Of a stretch of DNA of 64,000 bases, positions 1-8,653 are shown piece by piece. This stretch comes from Patescibacteria group bacterium. GTDB taxonomy: Bacteria > Patescibacteriota > Minisyncoccia > Phycocordibacterales > UBA12445. The stretch lies in assembly GCA_003504275.1 (NCBI GenBank), contig DOAO01000006.1, positions 66,588-130,587 of the forward strand, given 5' to 3'. The position numbers were made by a program, and so were the translations under genes. Position 1 is the first letter of the stretch. Each line of letters starts with the position of its first letter. The notes under the pieces are model-generated. The model worked only from the letters and a program-made list of their open reading frames with translations, was not told the DNA's origin and did no database searches.

Positions 1-20
1 CATCGTTAGGGTTTTTAATA

Positions 21-85
21 CCCAAAGAGGGACAACGAAGCGACTTTTTGTTGCTACACAATAAGTCTCGTTGTCCCTCTTTGGG
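21..85. repeat. Perfect 18-bp inverted repeat (CCCAAAGAGGGACAACGA ... TCGTTGTCCCTCTTTGGG) with a 29-nt loop. It lies just 3' of the minus-strand ORF 135..749 and may be a terminator or element boundary.
   Basis: The two arms are exact reverse complements, read directly from the sequence. Confidence 0.8.
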
Positions 86-134
86 CACAAAAATGTTGTC
101 GTTTATTGTCTTATTGTGTAGCTTGTTCATAATA

Positions 135-749
135 TCATTTTTTCTTCTTTGTCGCCCTCAAGATACGCTTAGCTTTTCCACTTAATAACCTAGCTATTCC
201 TATAAAAGATTGCTCTGCACGCTCATCCATCTTCAAATATCGCAAATATTTTTTTGTTGGCTTTCCTTTGTAATTGGTCCGTTTAACCTTCTCTCTCATT
301 TTTTCAATCTCTCGGATATTGATAACTCTGCCAAACGGCTTTGCTAGACCGCTTATATTTCTGCTTGAATAAGTAAGGTTGTAACAATGCCGACAGCCAA
401 ACAAATCACCATTTTTATAAAGGACACCGACACGCCTTCCACAATAGACACCATTCTTGTAAAGTAAGCACCTGAACCAATATCTACTTCCTCCGTATCG
501 GCACGGAGTTGTGGTGAGGGGCACCTTGTAATCAAAGTCCTCTTTCTCACTAGTATCTCTGCTTGTTTGTGCGTAGTAAAATCTAACAAACTTCTCATCG
601 CCCCAAAGATTTACTTCACAGCCAATACTTCCTTTGTCCCCATTAGTTCCCCATAAAATAGTCGTATCTTTATATTTACTATTTTTCATATCACGCAGTA
701 GCCACCATATTTCTATTTTCTTACACCAATCTGCTTCTGTTTTACTCAT
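135..749 (-). CDS. Hypothetical Cys-rich basic protein (possible zinc-binding). It belongs to the mobile-element-like module with the adjacent primase.
   Basis: 204-aa ORF. It contains CRYGG...RYWFRC...CGRRV...GCRHC cysteine pairs and a K/R-rich C-terminus. No recognisable catalytic motif. Confidence 0.5.
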   Translation of the reverse strand: MSKTEADWCKKIEIWWLLRDMKNSKYKDTTILWGTNGDKGSIGCEVNLWGDEKFVRFYYAQTSRDTSEKEDFDYKVPLTTTPCRYGGSRYWFRCLLYKNGVYCGRRVGVLYKNGDLFGCRHCYNLTYSSRNISGLAKPFGRVINIREIEKMREKVKRTNYKGKPTKKYLRYLKMDERAEQSFIGIARLLSGKAKRILRATKKKK

Positions 750-780
750 AATTTTTTATAGTTGCCGAAATCAATAGAGA

Positions 781-3000
781 TTAGGAGTCATCTAACCTAA
801 TTTGATTATCTGATAATGTTTCAACCCCACACTCGTCATCACTATTGTTTTGCATTTGTTGTGGATTGAAAAAAGTAGACGGAGAAATAAGTATTTTTCT
901 CTTGTCATTTGGGTCTTGTTCTTGATAAATAAGCCCTGAGGTTTCAAGAATGGGAATAATCTGCTGTCGGAGCTGTTGAGCATCTAACATGCGTCCATAA
1001 GCCTTGTAGTGCTTCTCTAGGATGTCTTGGCGAGTGATACCTAGCTTTGGTGTCTCATTGAATACTTGCGACTGAAGCTCATTTTTTTCTTTGTATACAG
1101 GAACAATGATTTGAGTATAAATGTCGTAGATAAATGGAGGCAGATTGAGCTCTTGGCTGATTGATATTTTTTCCCAAAGTTTGAAAGCTTGCTCTATATC
1201 ATCATCGTTCGCTGTGATAGTGGACCCGTTTCGTTCTCTCCACCATAGATTAAGTAATGCGAACGACTTCACAAGCGAAATAAGTCTCTTTATGTCTCGT
1301 TGGTGGCGAGGTTGTAATTTCTTATCCTGCTTGAAAAATCTCTCAAAGATTTTTTCTTGATTTGATATCTTGATGTCATCAATGTGTTCTTGTCTGATTG
1401 CTTGGATACGGAGCTTGAGTTGTTTTCTCTTTGGGTCGTTATCAAGCCATGCTTTGTATTTTTCATTGTCTGCTTCTTTGCGGATTGTGTTTGAAATACC
1501 TGCGTGAATTTTTTCTTGATTGACTTCGGGGGAAAGTAAGATGAAGCGTGTTTGTTCTTGTGGGTCCATACGAAGCCCTGCCGTGCAGAATATAACTGAT
1601 GGATAGCCCTTGAGTGCGATTGTCTTTGTGCGGTTTCCACCTTTCTGGTTCTTGTCTGTTATCTTGGAATACATTATCTTTTCATCGTGTGAAAGAAATG
1701 AACGGAGCCCCTCTAGCAATCCTGTATGTGGCATATCTGTGAATATGAGTATCTTTCGTGAAAGGTCTACGGTAATTTCATTCGTTTCTTTGTTGTAGCT
1801 TCCTTGCTCGTGGAAGAAAGCCGTCTTTGAACAGTTGCCGAGCTTTATAACATCCTCATTCGGGAAAAGTTTTGATACTTCCAAAGCAATGTAGCTTTTA
1901 CCCGTGCTTGAAGGACTATTAAATGAGACATTGAATTGAGCATCTTCCGTATAAGCCGAGAGCTGACAGAGAAAAGTAACGATTTTATTTTCATTGTCAT
2001 TTTTAATTGTGAGCTCAAGTGCTTTTGATAGTTCCTCTGGTGTGAGGGATTGAAATTGAGATGGGTCAATGCGTTCAGGATATTCCTTTGCATATTTATC
2101 AAATAGGTCTGGGATTAAAAGGTTAAGTTTTGTTAAGTAGTCTGTTATGTCTCCGCCATCTCCGACTTCTTCGGGAAGCGTGATGTGATAGAGGTTCCGT
2201 AATCCAACATTTTCCAATATTTTAAGCACCTTTATGGACCCTTTTTTACCTGCCCCATCGTTATCAAAACAAATATAGATTTTCTGACATTTTCTGATGT
2301 CCGCATCAATCCATTCTTCCTTAAATGTGCCTGCCCCGTGCGTAGAAGTAAGAGCAAAGCACCCCTCTGAGATGAGAGCTAGTGCATCAAGTTCTCCTTC
2401 GCAGATAATTTGATTTTCTTCTGATGGTGCATACATTCCAAATAATTGTGCCTCTGCACCTTTTGGATATGTGATTTTTCCGTCGCCGTCTTTTGGGTCC
2501 TGTCGTAGTTTGAAGAATTTATAGCCATCATCGTCCATTACTGGAATAGTGATGTAATTCTTGCCGTAGAATGTGCCATAGCCGAGCCTGTAGCTGTCTA
2601 CAATGCCATTTATGATGCCTCGTTCGTTGAGATATGTTCGTATACGGTCTGGCATTTGCTCGTGGCATTTCTGCACGAGTTCATCTGTAAATCTTGGTCC
2701 ACGATATGATGATGCACGCTGTGGGGTAGTTTTATCTCCGAAGTGTTTTTGTAGCGTGATAATGTTTCCTTTCTCTCCGCATTTTTTGCACTCGTATTGC
2801 GAAGTGTCTTTGTTGAAGTAGAGATGTGCTTCGCTTCCAGTGCTGTTTTTATCGCAGTCATTAAAAATACATTTGGCGATAAGTTCCTGTCCGTTCTCAT
2901 GATGGGTGATACCTTTTTGTGAGAGATATTCTGCTATGTTTATTTTCGTCATATATTGTAATTTATTAGTGATGAATGATGATTGGTATGTCTTTCGCAA
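781..3000 (-). CDS. Phage/plasmid-type DNA primase: CHC2 zinc finger plus Toprim (DnaG-like) domain, with a C-terminal putative P-loop NTPase region (P4-family-like).
   Basis: The N-terminus has a C-x4-C ... H ... C-x2-C pattern (CIFNDC...AHLYF...CKKCGEKG). Toprim acidic motifs ICEGELDALAL and YICFDNDGAG are present. The C-terminal part has a Walker-A-like SPSSTGKS. Confidence 0.7.
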   Translation of the reverse strand: MRKTYQSSFITNKLQYMTKINIAEYLSQKGITHHENGQELIAKCIFNDCDKNSTGSEAHLYFNKDTSQYECKKCGEKGNIITLQKHFGDKTTPQRASSYRGPRFTDELVQKCHEQMPDRIRTYLNERGIINGIVDSYRLGYGTFYGKNYITIPVMDDDGYKFFKLRQDPKDGDGKITYPKGAEAQLFGMYAPSEENQIICEGELDALALISEGCFALTSTHGAGTFKEEWIDADIRKCQKIYICFDNDGAGKKGSIKVLKILENVGLRNLYHITLPEEVGDGGDITDYLTKLNLLIPDLFDKYAKEYPERIDPSQFQSLTPEELSKALELTIKNDNENKIVTFLCQLSAYTEDAQFNVSFNSPSSTGKSYIALEVSKLFPNEDVIKLGNCSKTAFFHEQGSYNKETNEITVDLSRKILIFTDMPHTGLLEGLRSFLSHDEKIMYSKITDKNQKGGNRTKTIALKGYPSVIFCTAGLRMDPQEQTRFILLSPEVNQEKIHAGISNTIRKEADNEKYKAWLDNDPKRKQLKLRIQAIRQEHIDDIKISNQEKIFERFFKQDKKLQPRHQRDIKRLISLVKSFALLNLWWRERNGSTITANDDDIEQAFKLWEKISISQELNLPPFIYDIYTQIIVPVYKEKNELQSQVFNETPKLGITRQDILEKHYKAYGRMLDAQQLRQQIIPILETSGLIYQEQDPNDKRKILISPSTFFNPQQMQNNSDDECGVETLSDNQIRLDDS

Positions 3001-3027
3001 ATGAATTGTTTGCGAGGCTGTTTTACC

Positions 3028-3255
3028 CTATTTTTCGGTCGTCCTCAATGGGTCTGAGAGATTGTCCAAGTGTGCCAACACAGCCCTTTTTTCTTTTTTT
3101 ACATAATCATCTTTATCAACTAACTTTTGAAACCAGCGATGAGTTGTTTGTTTGTTAAAACGCTGTCCTTTTATGGTTCTGACAAAATAAGCGTAAGAGC
3201 TCAAATTTGGATTTTTTTCTGCAATGTTATTGAATCTTCTTTGAAGTGATTTCAT
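3028..3255 (-). CDS. Small basic hypothetical protein (possible DNA-binding regulator of the element).
   Basis: 75-aa ORF immediately downstream of the primase on the same strand. No motif recognised. Confidence 0.35.
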   Translation of the reverse strand: MKSLQRRFNNIAEKNPNLSSYAYFVRTIKGQRFNKQTTHRWFQKLVDKDDYVKKEKRAVLAHLDNLSDPLRTTEK

Positions 3256-3281
3256 ATATTTGTAATTTATTGATGAGTAAT

Positions 3282-3668
3282 TTATTCGGAAGAATGGATA
3301 CGATTTTTTAACATTCTTAAGGCATCAAAATAAACTAAAGATTTTATTTCTAGTCTTCCATTCCAGTGGTCATCAATATCTTGTTCAATTCCGACCTCTC
3401 GTTTGAATATGAATAAAACTTTTCGCTGGTCTTGCTTATCTAAGGCGACTAGCTCAAACCCACGAGAAACTAACGAACTGCTCAAACCCAAATCTTGAGT
3501 CTGAAAATACTCTTTTGAGTTTTCCAAAGAGGTATATTCAAAATTATTTTTTTCTTTTTTTGTGTTTTGCATATAGTTTTGCTTAATAATTTGTAATATT
3601 GAGAGTGTTCCTGCTCTCAACCTATGTGCTGAAAAAACAGTGAAAAAGAAAAAACCGCTATATTTCAA
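3282..3668 (-). CDS. Hypothetical protein.
   Basis: 128-aa ORF. The true start may be an internal Met. No motif recognised. Confidence 0.4.
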   Translation of the reverse strand: MKYSGFFFFTVFSAHRLRAGTLSILQIIKQNYMQNTKKEKNNFEYTSLENSKEYFQTQDLGLSSSLVSRGFELVALDKQDQRKVLFIFKREVGIEQDIDDHWNGRLEIKSLVYFDALRMLKNRIHSSE

Positions 3669-3712
3669 GCAGTTTTTGTCTTTATTTGTCGCTGAAAACT
3701 TCAGTCAATCAA

Positions 3713-6196
3713 TCAAACTTCAGTGAGGTATTGCATTGCTCTCGTATCTTGGATTTCAAGATTTCTCAACTCTTTTTCTGGGGTGATTTTCAACAAAGGA
3801 TTGTATCCTCGCACTGTCTTATCAAAAGGTATTGGTTCTTCTGTTATTTCAAAATACTCACACAATGCTTTTGAGAGAGCTGACTTGTATGTTTGAAATA
3901 AACCTTTCTTTTCCTTGCTCCTTGAAAAAGCATTTTTACAGAAATTGAACATATTATCCGGGGTCAAATAAAAATCTGTATTGCCTTGTCTTTTAGTTTT
4001 AGTAAATGAGAGTGCTTGCAGTATTTTCCAAGAGACATTATCTGATTTTTTGAAGCCGAAGATTTCGTAATCTCCTTTGTTTTTTAGTTTTCCTTTTACA
4101 AGTATTTCAATGTTGTTGTCATCTGTGAACTTAATTTCAATATCGGACCAGCTCAATTTTGGTTTTTGAGCCGTATCGGCTTTATTGTTTTTGTGAAGAT
4201 TACTTTTCTTTACAGAAAACATCCTTTCTTTGTTTCTGTTTATGAGCTCTTGTTTTTCATCAGTTAGCTCAAAAGCTCTAGTGATGGTTTCTTTTGCTTT
4301 TTTCACATCTCCTTTTTCTTCATAAATCAAAGCAAGATTGTTCAATATTGAAGAACTCGTGTCCTCAATGCTCTCGTATACTTTTTGAGCTTCGTCCACT
4401 CTTTCTACCTCGTTGAGAGAGTAGGCAACCTCAAACCTTCTGTCAAAGAAAGTGTATCCGTCCTCAAGTTCTTCTGGTGCAAAGAAAAGCTCCAGCGTTT
4501 GGCCTTCAAGCAAGGAATAAATATCAGAGATTGTGTTGTGTTGTTTTTTCTTGAAAAGTTCTTCAATATCCTTGCTGAACATTTCCTTGAAATATCTTTC
4601 TGCCCGCACATCACGGCTTGGCGGTTTTGCTATTTCTTCTTTGATAGTTGTTGCGTAATTATACAAGAAATCGTCACTACATTCTGCAATGTCTGTATAA
4701 ATCCACTCCTTTCCTCCAGAGAGAACATATTTGAGCTTGTAGACAACGGCATTGTCATACTGTTTTATACGATAATACCCGTGAGCCAACAGATACAGGT
4801 CAAAGAGAGTTTCTTTTGTATTTTTCTTTATTTCGTTGAGTAGTCCTTCAATCTCTTTTTTGTTATTTTCTGACAATACAGTTTCGTCTTGGTAAAGAAA
4901 CTTCTTGAAAAGATAAATTGCCGTTAATTTCGTTTTATCGCTGATATTATTTTTGATTGCATACTGGATTTCATCAAGGAAGAATTGTTTTGTAGGTAGC
5001 TCCATTTGGAATACAAAATAATCATTCATTGATATGCTCTCAATTTGTTTACACATCTGGGATAGGGTGTTTTCTATGCCGACATCGTCCTTGAGTTTCA
5101 GATAGATAGAAAACATATAAATATGGCATCCCAAGAGCAATTCTGTGTCGCCGATATTTTCTATAGTTTCCTTGAAATATTTCAAACTCTCACTATATTT
5201 TTCTTGCTCGTAATAAAGAACGCCTCGCAAATATGAGTTGATGTTGTCGTTCAAATAGTTCCACGGAGTATGTATTTCTGGTTCGTTCTGTAGTATCTCC
5301 TTACACATATCAAACTGTTTGCTTTTCAAGAAAAAGACAAAAGATAGGCGAACAAAGTCGTTTGAGTAGATAGCTCTTTTTAATTCTTCATAGTTCTCCT
5401 TATAAAATTTTTTGAAGTTCTCAACCTCTTGATTATCTGATTTTGTGTAGTAATCAAAAGTTGCCCTGAGAGCTGGCTCGTATTTGGAGTTTTTAGTCAA
5501 AACTTTCTTTGCAAGATTGAACCTTTTGAGTAGACTGGTTTCTTTTTCAAAATAAAGCCCAATGTATTCTTGTTTTGCGAGCATCAAGTTTTCTGGCTTT
5601 TCGTCGTAAAGGTTTGAGAGTTTTCTGAGAGCAAATGACTTGTGCCAGTAGTTATCATCGTAGTTCGTGAGCGTATCATCAAGGTTATTTTTCATTAAAA
5701 TAAATAAAAGATTTCCTTCTATTTTTTGAGTTGAAACTTTGAGAAAATCTGAACCAGTCAAGAAACGTAAAATCTCTGATTGAGGAGATTGGATACTTTC
5801 AACATAGATATGAAATAGGGTTTCTTCGTAATCTTTTTTTATTTCTTCAATAGAAATTGTTTTTGTTTTTTGGATATGAAAATTACCGTTCAGTAGGTCC
5901 AGTGTTGTCATCGTGTGTGTGATTTCAAACTTGTTATTTTTATCTTTTTTATATTCTTGTTTTGTAACGTCTATGAGTAAATAATCTATATCATCTTTTC
6001 GGAGCTTCTCTATTTCTTTTTTGTCTAAGACTCCGATTCTTCCCAAGAAATCAATAGAAAACCAAAGCATGTTTTGGTCGTTTGAGAAATTTATTTCATC
6101 AAAGAATGATTTATCATCATTCTTGTCTATTGTTTTATCTACTGGTTTTATTTTGGGCATAGTGTAATTGTAATTTATCTTTAAGCATCCTAGCAT
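3713..6196 (-). CDS. Large alpha-helical TPR-like repeat protein of unknown function, divergent from the Type III R-M operon.
   Basis: 827-aa ORF with many TPR-like helical pairs (for example YYRIKQYDNAVVYKLKYVL, EEKGDVKKAKETITRAFEL). No catalytic motif seen. Confidence 0.65.
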   Translation of the reverse strand: MLGCLKINYNYTMPKIKPVDKTIDKNDDKSFFDEINFSNDQNMLWFSIDFLGRIGVLDKKEIEKLRKDDIDYLLIDVTKQEYKKDKNNKFEITHTMTTLDLLNGNFHIQKTKTISIEEIKKDYEETLFHIYVESIQSPQSEILRFLTGSDFLKVSTQKIEGNLLFILMKNNLDDTLTNYDDNYWHKSFALRKLSNLYDEKPENLMLAKQEYIGLYFEKETSLLKRFNLAKKVLTKNSKYEPALRATFDYYTKSDNQEVENFKKFYKENYEELKRAIYSNDFVRLSFVFFLKSKQFDMCKEILQNEPEIHTPWNYLNDNINSYLRGVLYYEQEKYSESLKYFKETIENIGDTELLLGCHIYMFSIYLKLKDDVGIENTLSQMCKQIESISMNDYFVFQMELPTKQFFLDEIQYAIKNNISDKTKLTAIYLFKKFLYQDETVLSENNKKEIEGLLNEIKKNTKETLFDLYLLAHGYYRIKQYDNAVVYKLKYVLSGGKEWIYTDIAECSDDFLYNYATTIKEEIAKPPSRDVRAERYFKEMFSKDIEELFKKKQHNTISDIYSLLEGQTLELFFAPEELEDGYTFFDRRFEVAYSLNEVERVDEAQKVYESIEDTSSSILNNLALIYEEKGDVKKAKETITRAFELTDEKQELINRNKERMFSVKKSNLHKNNKADTAQKPKLSWSDIEIKFTDDNNIEILVKGKLKNKGDYEIFGFKKSDNVSWKILQALSFTKTKRQGNTDFYLTPDNMFNFCKNAFSRSKEKKGLFQTYKSALSKALCEYFEITEEPIPFDKTVRGYNPLLKITPEKELRNLEIQDTRAMQYLTEV

Positions 6197-6289
6197 CTTT
6201 TACTATGAAAATTAAGTATTTTTTGTTACACTAGAACAGTCTTAAAAGACACACAATTTAGTTACCTAAGGTCTACTCAAAATAGATAC

Positions 6290-6443
6290 GGTACAAATAA
6301 ACCCCATCCCTGATACTGAACCCCGTGTTCAGCTACTCAGGGATGGGTCATTGTCGGGAAACTGATAATGGAGTCGCAAGGCTCAAGCTGGCACGGGGTT
6401 CTGTGCTTTCTCGGTCCAGCTTTATTAGACAAAACCCATCCCT
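6290..6443. other. GC-rich structured intergenic element with nested hairpins, flanked by the 12-nt direct repeats AAACCCCATCCC / AAAACCCATCCC. Candidate small ncRNA or MITE.
   Basis: CCATCCCTGA pairs with TCAGGGATGG. GAACCCCGTG pairs with CACGGGGTTC about 90 nt downstream. GC content is far above the surrounding AT-rich DNA. Confidence 0.4.
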
Positions 6444-6446
6444 TTT

Positions 6447-8204
6447 ATGTCTACAAACAAATTACAATCAATAGAAAAAGCTAAAGGTAGAGCTATGCTC
6501 GTATGGGCTGGCAAGAAGCCTTTAGAGAGCATTGAATACTATCCTGCTCAAGAGAAAGAAATATACGGCAACAAGAAGTCGCAAGATTTTAATAAATTAT
6601 TTTGGGGAGATAATCTCCAAGTTCTCGCACACTTACTAAAAGAGTATCGTGGTAAAGTTGATTTGATATATATAGACCCTCCGTTTGATAGCAAGGCGGA
6701 TTATGTTAAATCAGTAAAAATGAAAGGTGAAAAGGTTGAGGGGGTTGAGCAAGGACTGCTTGAAGAAAAACAGTATGGCGATATTTGGGAAAAGGATGAG
6801 TATCTTCAATTTATGTATGAGCGTTTTTTAATTTTGAAAGAACTTTTGTCTGAAAATGGAAGTATATATTTACATTGTGATTGGCATAAAAACTCCCATC
6901 TTCGCTTGTTAATGGATGAAGTATTCAGTGAAGATAATTTTAGAAATGAAATTATCTGGCATTATTTTGTATCTGGAAAATATCCAAGTGAGTTTGCAAA
7001 AGACCACGATAATATCTATGTATATTCAAAAAGTAAAAACTCCACATTTAACTATGAGAAACAAGTAGACAAATATCTATATTATGAAAAGTTTTACAAT
7101 AAACAAATTGTTAAAGGAAAGGATGGAAAAGAATACTATGAATATAATGGAGAATTAAGAACGTTTGAAAAACAGGTTTCTGAAACTTGGAATATAAATA
7201 AAATTAAAAGAGACGGCAAAGAAATTGTTGGCTATCCTACACAAAAACCAGAAGAATTACTAGAAAGAATAATTAAAGCATCTTCAAATGAGGGCGATGT
7301 GGTCCTTGATTGTTTTTGTGGCTCTGGAACCACGATGGTTACCGCTCAAAAATTAGGTCGCCGATGGATTGGATGCGACATAAATCTCGGAGCGATACAA
7401 ACCTCCACAAAACGCCTCAATCAGATTATTGAGGAGCAGAAAAATGCTCTCGGTTTCAAAGTGCTCAATGTGAATGAATATACAGCGTTCAAAAATGAAC
7501 TTGAAGCGAAAGATATTGTGATGGAAATGTATGGCGTGGAGCCAATGAAGCGAAGTTATTTTGACGGAGTGCTTGATACTTCGTATGTGAAAGTGATGCC
7601 AATGAACAGGGTCCTCAACAAGCTAGATATGAAAACCTTGCTCAAGAATGTGAATGACAAGCTCGCTGATTTTACAGTCAAAAAGAAGTCCAAATCTGGC
7701 GAGGCGGTGTATGACGAGGGTGTGCTTGTCATCTGCTCTGGTATGGACCTTGAAGTTGCCGACTATCTCAAAAAAGAGAACAAGACGGGCGTGAAGATTG
7801 ATGTCCGAGACATTGCCACAGACAAGAAAAATCTCGTCTTTAAGAAACCACCAGAGGCAAATATTGAGGTGAAAGTAAAAGACAAAAATCTCTCCGTGTC
7901 GCTCAAAGAGTTCTATTCGCCTATAATGATGCGAAAATTAGAGATTGAAAACAGTAAAGCTCTCAAGAAAGAATACCAAGCAAAAGTTGAAGATTTCCGC
8001 CAGATTATTGATAGCGTGGCTATTGATGTGGATTATACAGGCGACCTTTTTAATGCCGAGATTATGGACCTGCCGACAAAGCGTGAGCTCATCAAAGCTG
8101 ACTACTCTTGGGGATATCCAAAGAAAGGCAAATACACTGTGGCAGTCAAAATCGTGGATGTGCTTGGCGAGGAATACTTTGAAACTTTTAGAGTAAATGT
8201 ATAA
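6447..8204 (+). CDS. mod: Type III restriction-modification methyltransferase (Mod; beta-class N6-adenine/N4-cytosine MTase).
   Basis: Motif IV DLIYIDPPF precedes motif I VVLDCFCGSGTT by about 200 aa, leaving room for a target-recognition domain. It is followed by a helicase-nuclease Res gene. Confidence 0.85.
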   Translation: MSTNKLQSIEKAKGRAMLVWAGKKPLESIEYYPAQEKEIYGNKKSQDFNKLFWGDNLQVLAHLLKEYRGKVDLIYIDPPFDSKADYVKSVKMKGEKVEGVEQGLLEEKQYGDIWEKDEYLQFMYERFLILKELLSENGSIYLHCDWHKNSHLRLLMDEVFSEDNFRNEIIWHYFVSGKYPSEFAKDHDNIYVYSKSKNSTFNYEKQVDKYLYYEKFYNKQIVKGKDGKEYYEYNGELRTFEKQVSETWNINKIKRDGKEIVGYPTQKPEELLERIIKASSNEGDVVLDCFCGSGTTMVTAQKLGRRWIGCDINLGAIQTSTKRLNQIIEEQKNALGFKVLNVNEYTAFKNELEAKDIVMEMYGVEPMKRSYFDGVLDTSYVKVMPMNRVLNKLDMKTLLKNVNDKLADFTVKKKSKSGEAVYDEGVLVICSGMDLEVADYLKKENKTGVKIDVRDIATDKKNLVFKKPPEANIEVKVKDKNLSVSLKEFYSPIMMRKLEIENSKALKKEYQAKVEDFRQIIDSVAIDVDYTGDLFNAEIMDLPTKRELIKADYSWGYPKKGKYTVAVKIVDVLGEEYFETFRVNV

Positions 8205-8206
8205 AT

Positions 8207-8653
8207 ATGCAAAACGACACTATAAAAATAAGCAAACAACTCTTACACCAAGCCGAGCTGATGGGTGGAAATAGCGAATACGCTAAGGCTATTACAAAAC
8301 TCAACGAAGCAATCAACCATCTTGTCTATTTTTCACCACCAGAAGAGCAACAACACGAAAAAATATCGTTGTTACACCAGTGTTTCTTTGACGCAGGACG
8401 GTATCATTCTGAATTAAAACATTTTGCCACTGCGATAGAAAATTTCATTACAGCAAAGCTATTTGCTGTGTCAAAAGATAACACAGACCAATTAGATAGA
8501 TGGATTGACGGGTCTTTAGATGAGTATGAATTTTTGATACAGGAGCCAGCCACGAAAGATATCGCACTTTCTGAATTGGATGAATTGCAAGACAAATTGT
8601 TTAAAAATAACATACCCGTTCTACCTCGTATTGAGAAATTGTTAAAACAATAA
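8207..8653 (+). CDS. Hypothetical alpha-helical protein encoded between mod and res and translationally coupled to both.
   Basis: Its start is 3 nt after the mod stop. Its stop TAA overlaps the res ATG (TAATG). 148 aa, no known motif. Confidence 0.6.
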   Translation: MQNDTIKISKQLLHQAELMGGNSEYAKAITKLNEAINHLVYFSPPEEQQHEKISLLHQCFFDAGRYHSELKHFATAIENFITAKLFAVSKDNTDQLDRWIDGSLDEYEFLIQEPATKDIALSELDELQDKLFKNNIPVLPRIEKLLKQ

